Shown here: positions 1 to 10,632 of the stretch, piece after piece
Layout: each line of letters opens with the position of its first letter
Numbering within the stretch: the stretch's first letter is position 1
Origin: Phycisphaerae bacterium
Lineage (GTDB): Bacteria; Planctomycetota; Phycisphaerae; UBA1845; Fen-1342
Reading direction: 5' to 3'
Length of the DNA: 64,000 nt
Assembly: GCA_963666925.2 (NCBI GenBank)
Contig: CAXXTC010000007.1
Coordinates: forward strand, 1-64,000
The notes under the pieces: model-generated
What the model saw: the letters and a program-made list of their open reading frames with translations, nothing else
The model's database searches: none
Told to the model about the DNA's origin: nothing
Translations under genes and position numbers: made by a program

Positions 1-19
1 CCGCGTCGCACGGCTTCGA

Positions 20-664
20 TCAGGTCGTTGTCTGCTTGACTGCGGTCATGCCCGTCCTGCACCGCGGGTGTCGGCTGGTCCGGCTCCGTCCCACGAACCA
101 GCATACCGCCAGACGCGCGGGCGTCCAACCACTCCCGCGCGCCGACTGGCAGGCGGACTCAGACAACGATCGGTCGATCCCGCGCCGCGCCGGCCACAAC
201 AGCAACACCGCCGACAGGCCGAACGTCAACGCCATGAAGGACAGGGCAACGTAGTCGCCCGGGCAAAGTTGCGACCAGTCCGGGCCGCCGAAGAAGTTGT
301 TCAGCACCGGGCCACCCAGCGCCAACGAAATGATGGCGCCCGCCAGCATGAACGCACATCCCACGAAACCGCGCGCGAAGTGGGCCCCGCCGTCACGTCG
401 GCGGGCCACGATCAATAACAAGCTGCCCATAATCAGCGCACCGACCACGATTCCGGGAGAAAATCCCTGTTCCACGTAGGTCGTCACGACACTGTCGGGT
501 TTCCAGTCGCCGCGTTCGATCACCACGCGCGCATGTTGCCGAAACGTGGTCTGTCCCAGGGCCAGCAACAGCCCCGCCAGCAGCAGCAGCTTGGCCAGGA
601 ACGACACCCCCGCGTGAGCCGTACGCCCCACAAACGACGGCTGCATAACCCGGCTCGCGGACAT
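20..664 (-). CDS. Membrane protein, probably the C-terminal part of the upstream kinase
   Basis: Several hydrophobic helices. It is in the same frame as 689..2428, starting only 8 codons after that ORF's TAA. Confidence 0.55.
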   Translation of the reverse strand: MSASRVMQPSFVGRTAHAGVSFLAKLLLLAGLLLALGQTTFRQHARVVIERGDWKPDSVVTTYVEQGFSPGIVVGALIMGSLLLIVARRRDGGAHFARGFVGCAFMLAGAIISLALGGPVLNNFFGGPDWSQLCPGDYVALSFMALTFGLSAVLLLWPARRGIDRSLSESACQSARGSGWTPARLAVCWFVGRSRTSRHPRCRTGMTAVKQTTT

Positions 665-688
665 CGGTGCAGCACTCTCCGCCGGCTG

Positions 689-2428
689 TTACCGGCCCAT
701 CATCAGCCGCGTCTGCTGCCGGCGATTGCTCGGCCGTCGGTCTGCCTGCGGAGGGCCGACAGGCGGAATCGGTGGCGTCGGCATGGCCGAGTGGCCGGCG
801 CCGAGTATGTCCACCTGCGGCGCCGTCGGTTTCACCGGCCACAGGGCTGCTGTCACTTGCGTGATCAGCACCAGCGCCGCGTTCAGACCGGCCGCTACCA
901 ACACACAATCTTGCGCGTGAAAGACCATGGCCGCACCCAGCCCGACCATCGCCGGCCAGAAGGCGCTACCGCCGTCAACCGTGCCTCGGCGACCGATCTC
1001 GATCCGCCGGCCCCAATCGCAGATTACCATGGCCGCCATCGGCGCCAACATGACCCGCGCCAGATGCGGGTCACCCGAATCTGCCGCTGCCGCTGCGAAT
1101 GGCAGCATGAATAAGCCTGCAACGCTCGCGTAAACCAGCCGGTCGAGCAGCACGTGCCGGGTGATTGATCTCTGGAGAAAACGCAGATGGGCCAGTAGAG
1201 GCCCGACTGTCGCCGCCGCTAGGTAGAACGCCAGGATCACGCCCGTGGGAGGGTCACCGCTCGGCGTCTGGTGTAGGAAACCAAGTGCCGTTGCGATCGC
1301 CGCCGTCACGATCAACAGCATCAGCACCTGCGCCAGTCGGCTGCCGTGTTGCGTAGGCCTGTGTCCCCGATGCCCATGTGCCCGACCACCGCCGTGCCCC
1401 GGCCCATAGCGTTTCGTCAACTTGCGCGCCCGGCGTTCCAGCTTGGCATTGAGGTGATCCAGCTTCCGTTGCAGCCGCTTCGGCAACGCGCCATCCATCG
1501 CTCCTGCACGCACGTCCAGCGGCGGCACGGGCGGCACCGCCGGCGTGGACGTCACGGTCTGCTCATCATCACTCGCCGTTGGCACGCGCGGCACCTGCGT
1601 AAGGGCACTCGCATCGAACGAATCCAAACTGGCGCTGACGTCGGCACTCTCCATCACTGCCGCTACCATCTCGTCGGCGCTCTGGTAGCGGTCGGCCGGG
1701 TCCTTGGCTAGGGCTTTGGCGATTACCGGTGCGAACGGGGCGGGTATCCCCGACAGGTCCGGCGCATCGCGCAGGTGCCGCATCAGCACCTCGCCCATGC
1801 TGCTGCCGCTGAAGGGCAGCCGCCCGGTAAGCATTTCGTAGAGAATCACGCCCAGTGCATAGATATCGATCGCCTGCGTGTAGCTGCCCGAGCCGATCTC
1901 CGGCGCCATGTAGTGCACCGTGCCCACGCTGACGGTCTGCCCGCTGTGCTGGGACATCGACATGTGCTTCGACAGCCCGTAGTCGCCGATCTTCACATAA
2001 CCATCGTCATAGAAGATATTCCCCGGCTTCAGGTCACGATGGACGATGCCACGCTCGTGCAGATAGCTCAGCCCCCGACCGATCCCCTTCAGAAAGAATG
2101 CCGCCTTTTGTGGGCCGAGTCCGTGCGGCTCATTGATGAGCAGCTCGCGCAGCGACGGCCCGCTGACGTATTCCATGATCACGAACGGCTCGCCGGCCGC
2201 GTTACTGCGCACGTCGTAAATGGTGATCAGGTGCGGGCTCTTGAGGTTCATCACCTGGGCGATGCCGCGCAGCTCGACCTCCGGATTCTCCCGCAGGTAC
2301 TTCAGCGCGACCTGCTTGCCGGAATCGGTCAGGGCGTAATAGACCTCGCCGAATCCGCCGCGCCCGACGGCCCGCTGCACGGTCAGCCCCTCAATCGGGC
2401 GATCGCCATGTTTGAACTCGTAAGGCAC
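689..2428 (-). CDS. Ser/Thr protein kinase with C-terminal multi-TM region
   Basis: GRGGFGEVY, ALK, HRDLKPGN, DYG, GTVHYMAPE and DIYALG motifs, followed by hydrophobic segments. GTG start. Confidence 0.92.
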   Translation of the reverse strand: MPYEFKHGDRPIEGLTVQRAVGRGGFGEVYYALTDSGKQVALKYLRENPEVELRGIAQVMNLKSPHLITIYDVRSNAAGEPFVIMEYVSGPSLRELLINEPHGLGPQKAAFFLKGIGRGLSYLHERGIVHRDLKPGNIFYDDGYVKIGDYGLSKHMSMSQHSGQTVSVGTVHYMAPEIGSGSYTQAIDIYALGVILYEMLTGRLPFSGSSMGEVLMRHLRDAPDLSGIPAPFAPVIAKALAKDPADRYQSADEMVAAVMESADVSASLDSFDASALTQVPRVPTASDDEQTVTSTPAVPPVPPLDVRAGAMDGALPKRLQRKLDHLNAKLERRARKLTKRYGPGHGGGRAHGHRGHRPTQHGSRLAQVLMLLIVTAAIATALGFLHQTPSGDPPTGVILAFYLAAATVGPLLAHLRFLQRSITRHVLLDRLVYASVAGLFMLPFAAAAADSGDPHLARVMLAPMAAMVICDWGRRIEIGRRGTVDGGSAFWPAMVGLGAAMVFHAQDCVLVAAGLNAALVLITQVTAALWPVKPTAPQVDILGAGHSAMPTPPIPPVGPPQADRRPSNRRQQTRLMMGR

Positions 2429-4007
2429 GACAGTTCCTCCGCACGTCGATCAGTCCGGCCCGCGGCCGGATAGCAGCGCCGATGGCTACGCCACGGCACT
2501 GTGCCTTGGTGAAATGTGCCCGGCGCACCTGGCGCAACAGGCTCTGACACAAACTGGTTGTGCTGACCATGAAAACGATATTTGCCGCCACCGCCGCCGC
2601 CACTGCCAGCCCCAGCAGCGGACTCGGGTTGGCTTCTTCTGCCAACGCACCTGACACCACGAATAACACCCAGAACGCCAGCAGCGGCTTGTGCGACAGC
2701 CGCCGCATCCGTGGCGCAAACGCCTCGCGATAACGGTTCAAGTCATTGATTAGCCCATGCAAGGCTACGTAGAACCAGTACAGGTTGAACATCGGTATGA
2801 AACAGAAACCAACCGCCCGGGCCGGCGTCGTGCGGCGCCAGCCGGCGGGTAACGTCGACCACCAGCGGTACAGCAGCACGCTACCCGGAACCACCGCGAT
2901 CGCCAGCAACAGCGCACGCAATCCGTTCGAAAACTCCCCGCCCGATAGCCCGGCCAGCAACGCGAAGAGCACCGCAACCCCTTCCAAACCGACCACCGTT
3001 CCCAGCGGCACCAGGAATGACTCCGGCCGCGGCGGCGGGTAACGATCGCGATACGGCGGCGGCGTACGCCGCGCGTACGCCAAGCGCGGTCCGTCCGCCG
3101 GCGCCCGCGCGTCCAGCACCACCGGCGTCGTCAGCGTCACCGGCACCGGCTCCGGTAACTCCGCACGCGTAATCTGTGTTAGCGTCAGCGGATCAAACTG
3201 GCTCAGCCGCGTGTCCAGCTCAATCTGGTGCGCTACGGCGTCCATAAACTCGTTCGCGCTTTGATAACGCTCCTGCGGATCCTTCGCCAGCGCCTTGCTC
3301 ACGATCGGCACAAACTCCGCTGGCAGCACGCTGGTGTCCGGCTCGTCTCGCATTTGCCGTACCAGCACCTCCTGAAAACTCGCCCCCACGAATGGCGGTC
3401 GCCCGGCCAGCATCTCGTACAGAATCACACCCAGCGCGTACACGTCCACCAGCTGCGTGTAGCTGCCCGTACCGATCTCCGGCGCCATGTAATGCACCGT
3501 GCCCACGCTGACCGTTTGCCCGCTGTGCTTCGATGTGGTCATGTGCTTCGACAATCCGTAATCGCCGATCTTCACATATCCATCGTCATAGAAGATGTTT
3601 CCCGGCTTGAGATCGCGGTGCACGATGCCGCGGTCGTGCAGATATGCCAGGCCTTGGGCGATACCGCTCAGGAAGTACACCACCTGCGCCGGATCCAGCG
3701 GACCGTCCTCGGCCCGCAGCACCTCCGCCAGCGACGGCCCACCGATGTACTCCATCAGCACGAAAATCTCGTTGTTCGGGTTGCGCTGCACGTCGTAGAT
3801 CGTGACCAGGTGCGGGCTCTTGAGGTTCATCACCTCCGACACCCCACGCAATTCCGTGTCCGCATGCTCACGCAAGTACTTCAGCGCAAGCTGCTTGCCG
3901 GCATCGCTGACCGCGTAGTACACCTCACCAAACCCGCCGCGGCCGACGGCGCGCTGGATGGTGATTCCCGCCAGCGGGCGATCGCCATGTTTGAAGGTGT
4001 ATGCCAC
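2391..4007 (-). CDS. Ser/Thr protein kinase (paralog) with C-terminal membrane domain
   Basis: Same kinase motifs. C-terminal TPARAVGFCFIPMFNLYW membrane motif. The true stop may be the TAG at 2486-2488 if there is a terminal indel. Confidence 0.92.
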   Translation of the reverse strand: MAYTFKHGDRPLAGITIQRAVGRGGFGEVYYAVSDAGKQLALKYLREHADTELRGVSEVMNLKSPHLVTIYDVQRNPNNEIFVLMEYIGGPSLAEVLRAEDGPLDPAQVVYFLSGIAQGLAYLHDRGIVHRDLKPGNIFYDDGYVKIGDYGLSKHMTTSKHSGQTVSVGTVHYMAPEIGTGSYTQLVDVYALGVILYEMLAGRPPFVGASFQEVLVRQMRDEPDTSVLPAEFVPIVSKALAKDPQERYQSANEFMDAVAHQIELDTRLSQFDPLTLTQITRAELPEPVPVTLTTPVVLDARAPADGPRLAYARRTPPPYRDRYPPPRPESFLVPLGTVVGLEGVAVLFALLAGLSGGEFSNGLRALLLAIAVVPGSVLLYRWWSTLPAGWRRTTPARAVGFCFIPMFNLYWFYVALHGLINDLNRYREAFAPRMRRLSHKPLLAFWVLFVVSGALAEEANPSPLLGLAVAAAVAANIVFMVSTTSLCQSLLRQVRRAHFTKAQCRGVAIGAAIRPRAGLIDVRRNCRALRVQTWRSPD

Positions 4008-4072
4008 GATCAGCTCTCCGATCCCTGCACAATCAGGCCCAACCGCCCGGCCACCACACCACCGGCTCGGTG

Positions 4073-5659
4073 CTAACGCCCATGCTCATAGCGCTTCACA
4101 GTCACACGAATTTCGCCAAATTCCTCAGTCCCGCCCGGCGGCAGCGCGCGCGCCGGAGCGCTCAGGTAATGTTCACCAGCGGTCAGCCGGCCGCACAACT
4201 CGCCCGCACGCTCAAACAGCACCACCCGGCCGGTTGCCTCGCGCGTGCGAATGTGGCAGCTCGCGTCGGGACCGATCAGGCACGTATCGCGGAACAGCAC
4301 CACCGTGCTGACGTCCTGGGCCAGCCGATTCCGCGGCGCCAGCCGCAACACTGCCGACCCGCTCATCTCACTTGGTTTGTTGAACACCAGCCGCGTGCGC
4401 GCCCCCAGCTTGATGCGATCGCCATCGTGTAGACGCGTGTGCCGAACCAACTCATGATTCACCGACGTCGGCCCGAACGCGGTCAGGTAAAACTCGTCGT
4501 CACGACGCACGATTTCCGCATGATGCGCTTCGAGGTCCGCGGAAAAAGCCACTTCGTTTTCTGACGAAGATCCGCTGCGCCCCAGCCGCACCCGATCCGC
4601 GCCGACCAGCAAACTGCTACCCCCACCATCGACCAGAACCAGCAGCGGACTGGCCAGAGCCGGGTTGTGCGCCGGCGCCAGCATCCCGGCATTGGGCTTG
4701 GCCGGTTGGCCTTTCGGCGAGTCAACCTTATGACGCTCCGTATCGATCGGCCCCGGCAGCGAGGCCAGCAGCCCCAGCGGCGAAGCCAGCAGTTTTTCCT
4801 GTCCCTCGCCCACCAGCGCCAGCCCGCCCAGAGCGTTCTTCAACCAGGCCGCCTCACCGCCGCCGGCACGAATCCGCAACAGCGTCCGGCGCAATCCGTC
4901 GTAGTCGTGCCCGACAAGCTGGCTGGCCGCGGTCCGGATCAGGCCGATCAGCCGTTCCATCTCGCTCAGCGTCGGGTCGCGTGCCGCCAGCGTTTGCACC
5001 GCATCCTGCGCTGCCAGCAGCCGCTCCAGCCGTCCGTCCCGATGCCACTCGACCAGCGTCGTCTGACAGGCGTCGGACAGGTTGGCTGCCAGTTCATCCA
5101 GTTCGCGAAAAACGCCACAGCGGCGCCGGGCGTCGTCCCAGGTCCGGACAGCGACGAGCAGATCGCCCCGCCCCAGCGCCTGCCGCGCCTGTTGTACCAA
5201 TTCCAGCCCACGCTGCCGGCGCTGGTCGAGTTCCTCAGCCAGCTCCTCACGCTGGGCGGTGTCGTCCACGCGTTGCAGATCCATCCGCACCGTGTCCAGT
5301 CGGCCGGCCCGCAGATGGTCAGCCGCCCGCTGGCAGGCCACCCGTTTATCGGCCGCGGCGGCCGCGCCGGCGTCCATCTCGGCCTCAACGCTCTGCCGCA
5401 GTGCCTGGGCATCAGCCGTCAGCCGATCAAATTCCGCCAGCAGGTCCAGATCCCCCCGCGCATCCGCATACCGACCGGCCTGACGGTGCAGCCGGGCTCG
5501 GGCCAACAGTGGCTTCACCAATTGATCCAGCAACCGCTGGCCCCGTGGATCTGCTCGGAAGTCCTTTTCCCGAGCGATCTTACAGGCGTCGTCCAGCCGA
5601 CCATCACGTACCGCTCGCTCCCCGGCACGCAGTCTCGAATAAAACCATCGGGCGAACAT
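4073..5659 (-). CDS. Helical/TPR-like N-terminus plus FHA-domain protein
   Basis: C-terminal RLGRS...HHAEI...TSVN...LHDGDRIKLG FHA pattern, then a second FHA-like segment. Lies directly upstream of the two kinases. Confidence 0.75.
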   Translation of the reverse strand: MFARWFYSRLRAGERAVRDGRLDDACKIAREKDFRADPRGQRLLDQLVKPLLARARLHRQAGRYADARGDLDLLAEFDRLTADAQALRQSVEAEMDAGAAAAADKRVACQRAADHLRAGRLDTVRMDLQRVDDTAQREELAEELDQRRQRGLELVQQARQALGRGDLLVAVRTWDDARRRCGVFRELDELAANLSDACQTTLVEWHRDGRLERLLAAQDAVQTLAARDPTLSEMERLIGLIRTAASQLVGHDYDGLRRTLLRIRAGGGEAAWLKNALGGLALVGEGQEKLLASPLGLLASLPGPIDTERHKVDSPKGQPAKPNAGMLAPAHNPALASPLLVLVDGGGSSLLVGADRVRLGRSGSSSENEVAFSADLEAHHAEIVRRDDEFYLTAFGPTSVNHELVRHTRLHDGDRIKLGARTRLVFNKPSEMSGSAVLRLAPRNRLAQDVSTVVLFRDTCLIGPDASCHIRTREATGRVVLFERAGELCGRLTAGEHYLSAPARALPPGGTEEFGEIRVTVKRYEHGR

Positions 5660-6342
5660 GGCATTCCTCGGGGGCCGATTCTACCACGGACTGCCGCCGG
5701 GCGAGGGGCCCATAAGGCGGCGTTGTTACCCATGCAGGCGGGCCCCAATGCCCGGCCAGCATGATGGCATTCGCTAACCACCCCCGGATATTCTCCGCTC
5801 CCCAGACCCTTCCCCGGCGCAGCCCTTGCGCAAATGACAATTTTCCGTCCCCCTTACGCAAGTTCCGCGCCTGCACTGTCGATTGCTTCTGACAGAGTCG
5901 CGAGACTCCCTCTCTATAACCCCGACCGGGGTAGGAGCCGGATCGAAGGAACTCGGGGAAAGGATGCGGAAGCGAAAGGTGGTACGACATGCTTTCTTGC
6001 ATTCTCGAGTTCTGGCGCGTTCTTCTCGATTTGAGTGAGTATGTCCTGACCGGCGTCGAGGGCTGAAACGGTCGCCATCATGGCTGCTGAACCCCAACAC
6101 CCGGCACCCTACTCACCCGGAGAACTGATGGGCGCCAGTTACATCGCAAAGGGCCTCTGGTTTGTCTCCGGAGCGTTGCTGATCGTACTGGCTGCCTGGT
6201 CGGCGTCAGCTTCCTGATACGCCGATCCGGAACCAGCGATTCCGTCCCGCTCATCTCTGACCGGCCCACAGCGACGATCCAGTTGTCGCTCACTCATCCG
6301 CCGGCGAAACCAGTCGCCTCAGCAAATCACCACTCACGCCGC

Positions 6343-8751
6343 TCAGCGCGTGCGCAGCTCCGCCAGCGTGGATTTCCCCGGCCTGGACGAAGCACCTGCC
6401 AGTAACGTCGACGGCGCCGTCGAATCCCCGTCCGGATAGATCGCTACCGGCGTCAGCCGCAGTTGACGCTCATGCACCAGCCGAACCACGAGCGCCGCTC
6501 CGCCCGCACACGCCAGCGCCGATATCGCAATCACCAGTTCCATCCTCCATACCGCCGTGGATGTTGTCCACGTGATCGGCACAATGCATAGTCCCGCCAC
6601 GCTGATCAGTACGCACACCGGCACTGTTGCACGCAGTCGAATACGCCCGGGCAATGGCAGCACGCGCGCCAGTATCGTTGCTGCCAGACACCACAAACAC
6701 ACACGCAACGCCAGTTGCGGTGCGTCGAGCCGCGGGATATGCACCTGCGCGAACAGGCTGTCCAGCATCAGGGCCTGGGCCTGACAGCCGAATACGCTTT
6801 GCCCGGTGCTCAATCGGTGCCGATCGTCCGGCAACGGCGGCGGCAGCGGGATCATCTGTCCCACCAGCACTGCTTTGCCGGTAAACCACTCACGTCGCTG
6901 CGCTGGAGTCGCCCGGAACACATCCTCCATCGCGATCGCACGATCCTCCCACTCCGCAATCGTTGCGATTGGAAAACGCCCCAGGCTGGCCCGGTCACCC
7001 GCACGCAGGTACTTGTCGTCCGGATCGGCCTCCGTCACCTCAAAAATCGGAATCTGATCCGTCTGCCGCAGCCATTTCTGCTCACCCTTCACAACCGCGT
7101 ACTTCTCGTAACGCACGTCCAGCGCACTCGGCGACGATCGGATATGACCCGCACACTCCGGATGACGAGCCGCCGCGAACGCCGCCAGTGACAACGCCTG
7201 TATCGGTGGGTTGAACCCCCGCTCGATCGCCAGCGGTACCTCCAGCTCCTCTCGCAGAAAATCCAGGTTCTTCGTGTAGATCGTGCCCCAGCCGTGCACC
7301 GCCGCCAGGATTGCCGGACAGATCACCGGCTCGGCATTGATGTCCGTGTCGCGGCAGCCGATCACCACCGGTGCGCCCACCGCCGCCACCCCTTCAACAA
7401 AGTACCGGTCATACTCCGGCCAGCAGTCCGGGAAGAAATAATCCCAGGCCACCACGCGTGGCTGCGCATCGGCCAGGGCCTCCAGGAACCGCCCATACAG
7501 GATGCGCCAGCTCTTGCGGTTGCTCACCTGAAAGTCCGACGGCAGATCCACGCCCAGCGACCCGCGGTGCAGCGCTTCAACTGTGCTCGGCATCACGCCG
7601 ACCAGCGCCACGTGTTGGCCCGCAGCCACGGCGACGCCCGGCGCACGGTGCACCCCGCCCGCCCAGAATACCAGCGCCAACAGCAGCGCCACGCTCGTGG
7701 CCGCCAGGGCATGTACCGGAATCGGGTAGTTACGCAACACCAGCGCACTTATCCGCTTTAGCCGATAGACCGGGCTGGCGTGCGGCCGGGCCTGCACCGA
7801 ATGTCCCGCCAGGTAACTCTCGACGTCTTTCGCCAGGTCCGCGCACGTTGCATATCGCGCTTCCGGCGCCGGTTGCACACAACAGTCAATAATGGCCGCC
7901 AGATCCTCAGCCCGGCTCACTTGCCGCTCACGCAGCAGCTCCACTAGACGGTTCGATTGTTGTGCAAAACGCGCCGGCTGACCCGTCACTAAGTAAAAAA
8001 GCAACGCTCCCAACGCATAGATATCCGCCCGCGAATCCACCGGCTTGCCGGCAAGCTGCTCCGGCGCAATGAACCCGAACGTCCCCAGCACACCTTCCGC
8101 CCGTTGCCCCGGCGAGCCGCCGCTCAGCTCATCCTCGCCCAGCTCGACCCGCTTGCCGATCCCGAAGTCGAGAATGCGCGGGCGCCCCTCGCCATCCACC
8201 AGGATGTTTTGCGGCTTCAGATCACGATGCACCACACCCTGTTGGTGAGCGTACTCCAGCGCATCGGCAATCTGCTTGAAAATGCGAATGCGGTCTTCGA
8301 GTGATACGCCGTGATGCTGCACATATTCGTCGAGCTGCTCGCCGGGGACGTATTCCATCGCGTAGTAGGCCGGATGCTTGCGGAGATGCGCTTCGTACAG
8401 CGTGGCGATGTTGGGGTGGCTCAGCCGGGCCGCCAGGTGCACCTCGTTCTCGAAATACGCCGACCGCTGCGACGTCTCCCGATACAGCACCTTGATGGCC
8501 TCGATCCGTTCCTTCGCGTGATGCACCGCCTTGTAGACCACCCCGAAACCCCCGCGGCCGATTTCCTGGAGAATCGTGTAATTCGGGAAGCGCGGAAACC
8601 GCTCGCCGGTCTCCTGCCGATAGGCCGCCCGGCACGTTCCGCACCGCTCCAAGTGCTTCTCAACCTGGGATGCCTGCTCGGCGACCAGCTCAGCGCGGGC
8701 CAGCGCGCTGACCGCCTCACGTTGTGTACAGTGTGCGGCTCGGTTGGGCAT
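6343..8751 (-). CDS. Ser/Thr kinase with N-terminal HxxxCxxC zinc finger and C-terminal CHASE2-like sensor
   Basis: HLERCGTCR; kinase motifs HRDLKPQN, DFG, FIAPE; one TM; CHASE2-like segments (PRVVAWDYFF, FTGKAVLVG, GCQAQALMLDSL); three terminal TMs. Confidence 0.85.
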   Translation of the reverse strand: MPNRAAHCTQREAVSALARAELVAEQASQVEKHLERCGTCRAAYRQETGERFPRFPNYTILQEIGRGGFGVVYKAVHHAKERIEAIKVLYRETSQRSAYFENEVHLAARLSHPNIATLYEAHLRKHPAYYAMEYVPGEQLDEYVQHHGVSLEDRIRIFKQIADALEYAHQQGVVHRDLKPQNILVDGEGRPRILDFGIGKRVELGEDELSGGSPGQRAEGVLGTFGFIAPEQLAGKPVDSRADIYALGALLFYLVTGQPARFAQQSNRLVELLRERQVSRAEDLAAIIDCCVQPAPEARYATCADLAKDVESYLAGHSVQARPHASPVYRLKRISALVLRNYPIPVHALAATSVALLLALVFWAGGVHRAPGVAVAAGQHVALVGVMPSTVEALHRGSLGVDLPSDFQVSNRKSWRILYGRFLEALADAQPRVVAWDYFFPDCWPEYDRYFVEGVAAVGAPVVIGCRDTDINAEPVICPAILAAVHGWGTIYTKNLDFLREELEVPLAIERGFNPPIQALSLAAFAAARHPECAGHIRSSPSALDVRYEKYAVVKGEQKWLRQTDQIPIFEVTEADPDDKYLRAGDRASLGRFPIATIAEWEDRAIAMEDVFRATPAQRREWFTGKAVLVGQMIPLPPPLPDDRHRLSTGQSVFGCQAQALMLDSLFAQVHIPRLDAPQLALRVCLWCLAATILARVLPLPGRIRLRATVPVCVLISVAGLCIVPITWTTSTAVWRMELVIAISALACAGGAALVVRLVHERQLRLTPVAIYPDGDSTAPSTLLAGASSRPGKSTLAELRTR

Positions 8752-8898
8752 CGCTGCACTCGTACGCGCAAAGCTCCACCCCGGAGCATCAATTCAGGCT
8801 CGACTGAGCCCTGAACACTGGATTGATTCTACGATTCACCCCGCCCAAACGCCACCCGCACGGGGGTGGGTGACTGACCGAACCCCTGAGAAGGTGCG

Positions 8899-9525
8899 CT
8901 AGCGCCGCGTCCGAAACGCGCGCAGCCGCTGCTGGCGTACCTGTTTCTGGTCCACCTGAATCTCACATTCCAGGTAGCTGCGACCGAACTGACGACAGTC
9001 GCGTTTCGCCGGCATGAAGATATCGATCGTGCTGTTGCGAAAGCGGCGATGCGTGCGATCCGTCACCACGAACGTCTGGTTCAGCGCCGGCACATGCACC
9101 AGCGACCCGAACGGAATATCGCCCGGGGCGGCACATTGCCCCACCCCAGACTGCACACCCGATGCCGTCGTTCCGCGATCGCAATAGGCCGTCACCCGGC
9201 AGACGCGATAGATCGTGTCAGCCCCGGAACCGTCGGCATCACGTGCCGTCCGTAAATCGGCAACCGAACTGACCAGTGCGCCAGCACCGGCCCGAATAGC
9301 CGGAATCACATCCAACGCGTCAAGCGACAGATTAGCTTCCGGACCTGATGCTGCCAGATACGCTCCCGGACGCGCATGGTGTGCGCCGGCAATGCGGCTG
9401 GTGCTTGGTACGGCCGCGGTGTCATCGGCCGACTGCGACGTGTCGGCGGCGCGCCCACTGGCCAGCCCCAGCGCCAGCGCGGCACACAGCGACAGCCTCA
9501 TAATTGGCTGAAGCGCGGAAAACAT
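8899..9525 (-). CDS. Secreted 3D-domain (lytic transglycosylase-like) protein
   Basis: Signal peptide; VTAYC...TASG...IPFGS...VTDR...IDIFM. Confidence 0.8.
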   Translation of the reverse strand: MFSALQPIMRLSLCAALALGLASGRAADTSQSADDTAAVPSTSRIAGAHHARPGAYLAASGPEANLSLDALDVIPAIRAGAGALVSSVADLRTARDADGSGADTIYRVCRVTAYCDRGTTASGVQSGVGQCAAPGDIPFGSLVHVPALNQTFVVTDRTHRRFRNSTIDIFMPAKRDCRQFGRSYLECEIQVDQKQVRQQRLRAFRTRR

Positions 9526-9852
9526 CTATACCCCTCTCCGTTCCCTGCAATTACGGGACGACGCATCGGCGAAGCCCGCTCGCCCGCCGAGGTCCGCCCA
9601 GACCTCTTCGCGGCGCGAATTTGAAAATTGTATCAGTGGGGGCGGGGATGTCTAGCGAATTACCCGCCCGCTCGTCAGATTTCGTGCGCGGTTTCGCGGC
9701 TCCGACCTCCAGGACGTCGCTATCACCGCCGAACCGGTTTGACGCCAACACGTCTCTGGCTTTCAATGTGCCGACGCCCGATAAGAGGTAGATGATCGCT
9801 CGGGCCAACGCACCACGCCTGAGCACGAGCAGATCACTCAAGGAGCCTACCG

Positions 9853-10632
9853 ATGCGCAAGCCGTTGATCGCCGGTAATTGGAAAATGAATCTCAATTAT
9901 GAGCAAGGACAGGCCCTGGTGAGTGGGATCGCCAAGGGGCTCGCCGGTCAGCCCGTGCCAGACCACGCGGAGGTCGCGGTGTGTCCGCCGACGGTATACG
10001 TGGCCGCCGCACGCCAGTGGGTCGGCGACAGACCCATCGATACCGGTGCCCAGAATCTATATCATGAGACCAGCGGGGCATTTACGGGCGAAGTGTCGGC
10101 CGCCATGCTGCGCGATTGTGGGGCTCGCTATGTGATTATAGGACACAGTGAACGCCGCCACACCATCGGCCACCTCGAAGACGATCGCATGATCAATCTC
10201 AAGGTCCGCGCCGCACAGGACGCTGGCCTGACACCAATCCTTTGCATTGGTGAAACGATCACCGAACGCAAAGCCGGCCAAACAATGGACGTGCTGACGT
10301 TTCAAGTGACGGCCGGCCTGGTCAACGCCAAGATCTCTGGCCCGCAGGATTTGGTCATCGCGTATGAGCCCGTCTGGGCCATCGGCACCGGCGAGGTCGC
10401 CACCCCCGAACAGGCCCAGGAGGCCCATGCCCACGTTCGCGATCAGCTCAGGAAGCTGGTCGGCGGCGTCGCGGACCAGGTCCGAATACTCTATGGCGGG
10501 TCGATGAAGCCTGACAACGCCCCCGGCCTGCTGGCGCTGGCGGACATCGACGGCGGGCTCATCGGCGGGGCCAGCCTGAAGGCGGACGCATTCCTCGGGA
10601 TCATCTCCGCAGCGCTGGCCGCCAATCGATGA
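9853..10632 (+). CDS. tpiA: Triosephosphate isomerase
   Basis: AGNWKMN, IIGHSERR, AYEPVWAIGTG, YGGS, GGASL; AGGAG RBS. Confidence 0.98.
   Translation: MRKPLIAGNWKMNLNYEQGQALVSGIAKGLAGQPVPDHAEVAVCPPTVYVAAARQWVGDRPIDTGAQNLYHETSGAFTGEVSAAMLRDCGARYVIIGHSERRHTIGHLEDDRMINLKVRAAQDAGLTPILCIGETITERKAGQTMDVLTFQVTAGLVNAKISGPQDLVIAYEPVWAIGTGEVATPEQAQEAHAHVRDQLRKLVGGVADQVRILYGGSMKPDNAPGLLALADIDGGLIGGASLKADAFLGIISAALAANR

Noticed and set aside
689..691. Stop-codon readthrough or recoding in kinase 1
   Set aside because: The stop is TAA, and an alternative frame just upstream reads as a plausible linker (PTAEQSPAADAADDGPV). Compensating indels explain it better.
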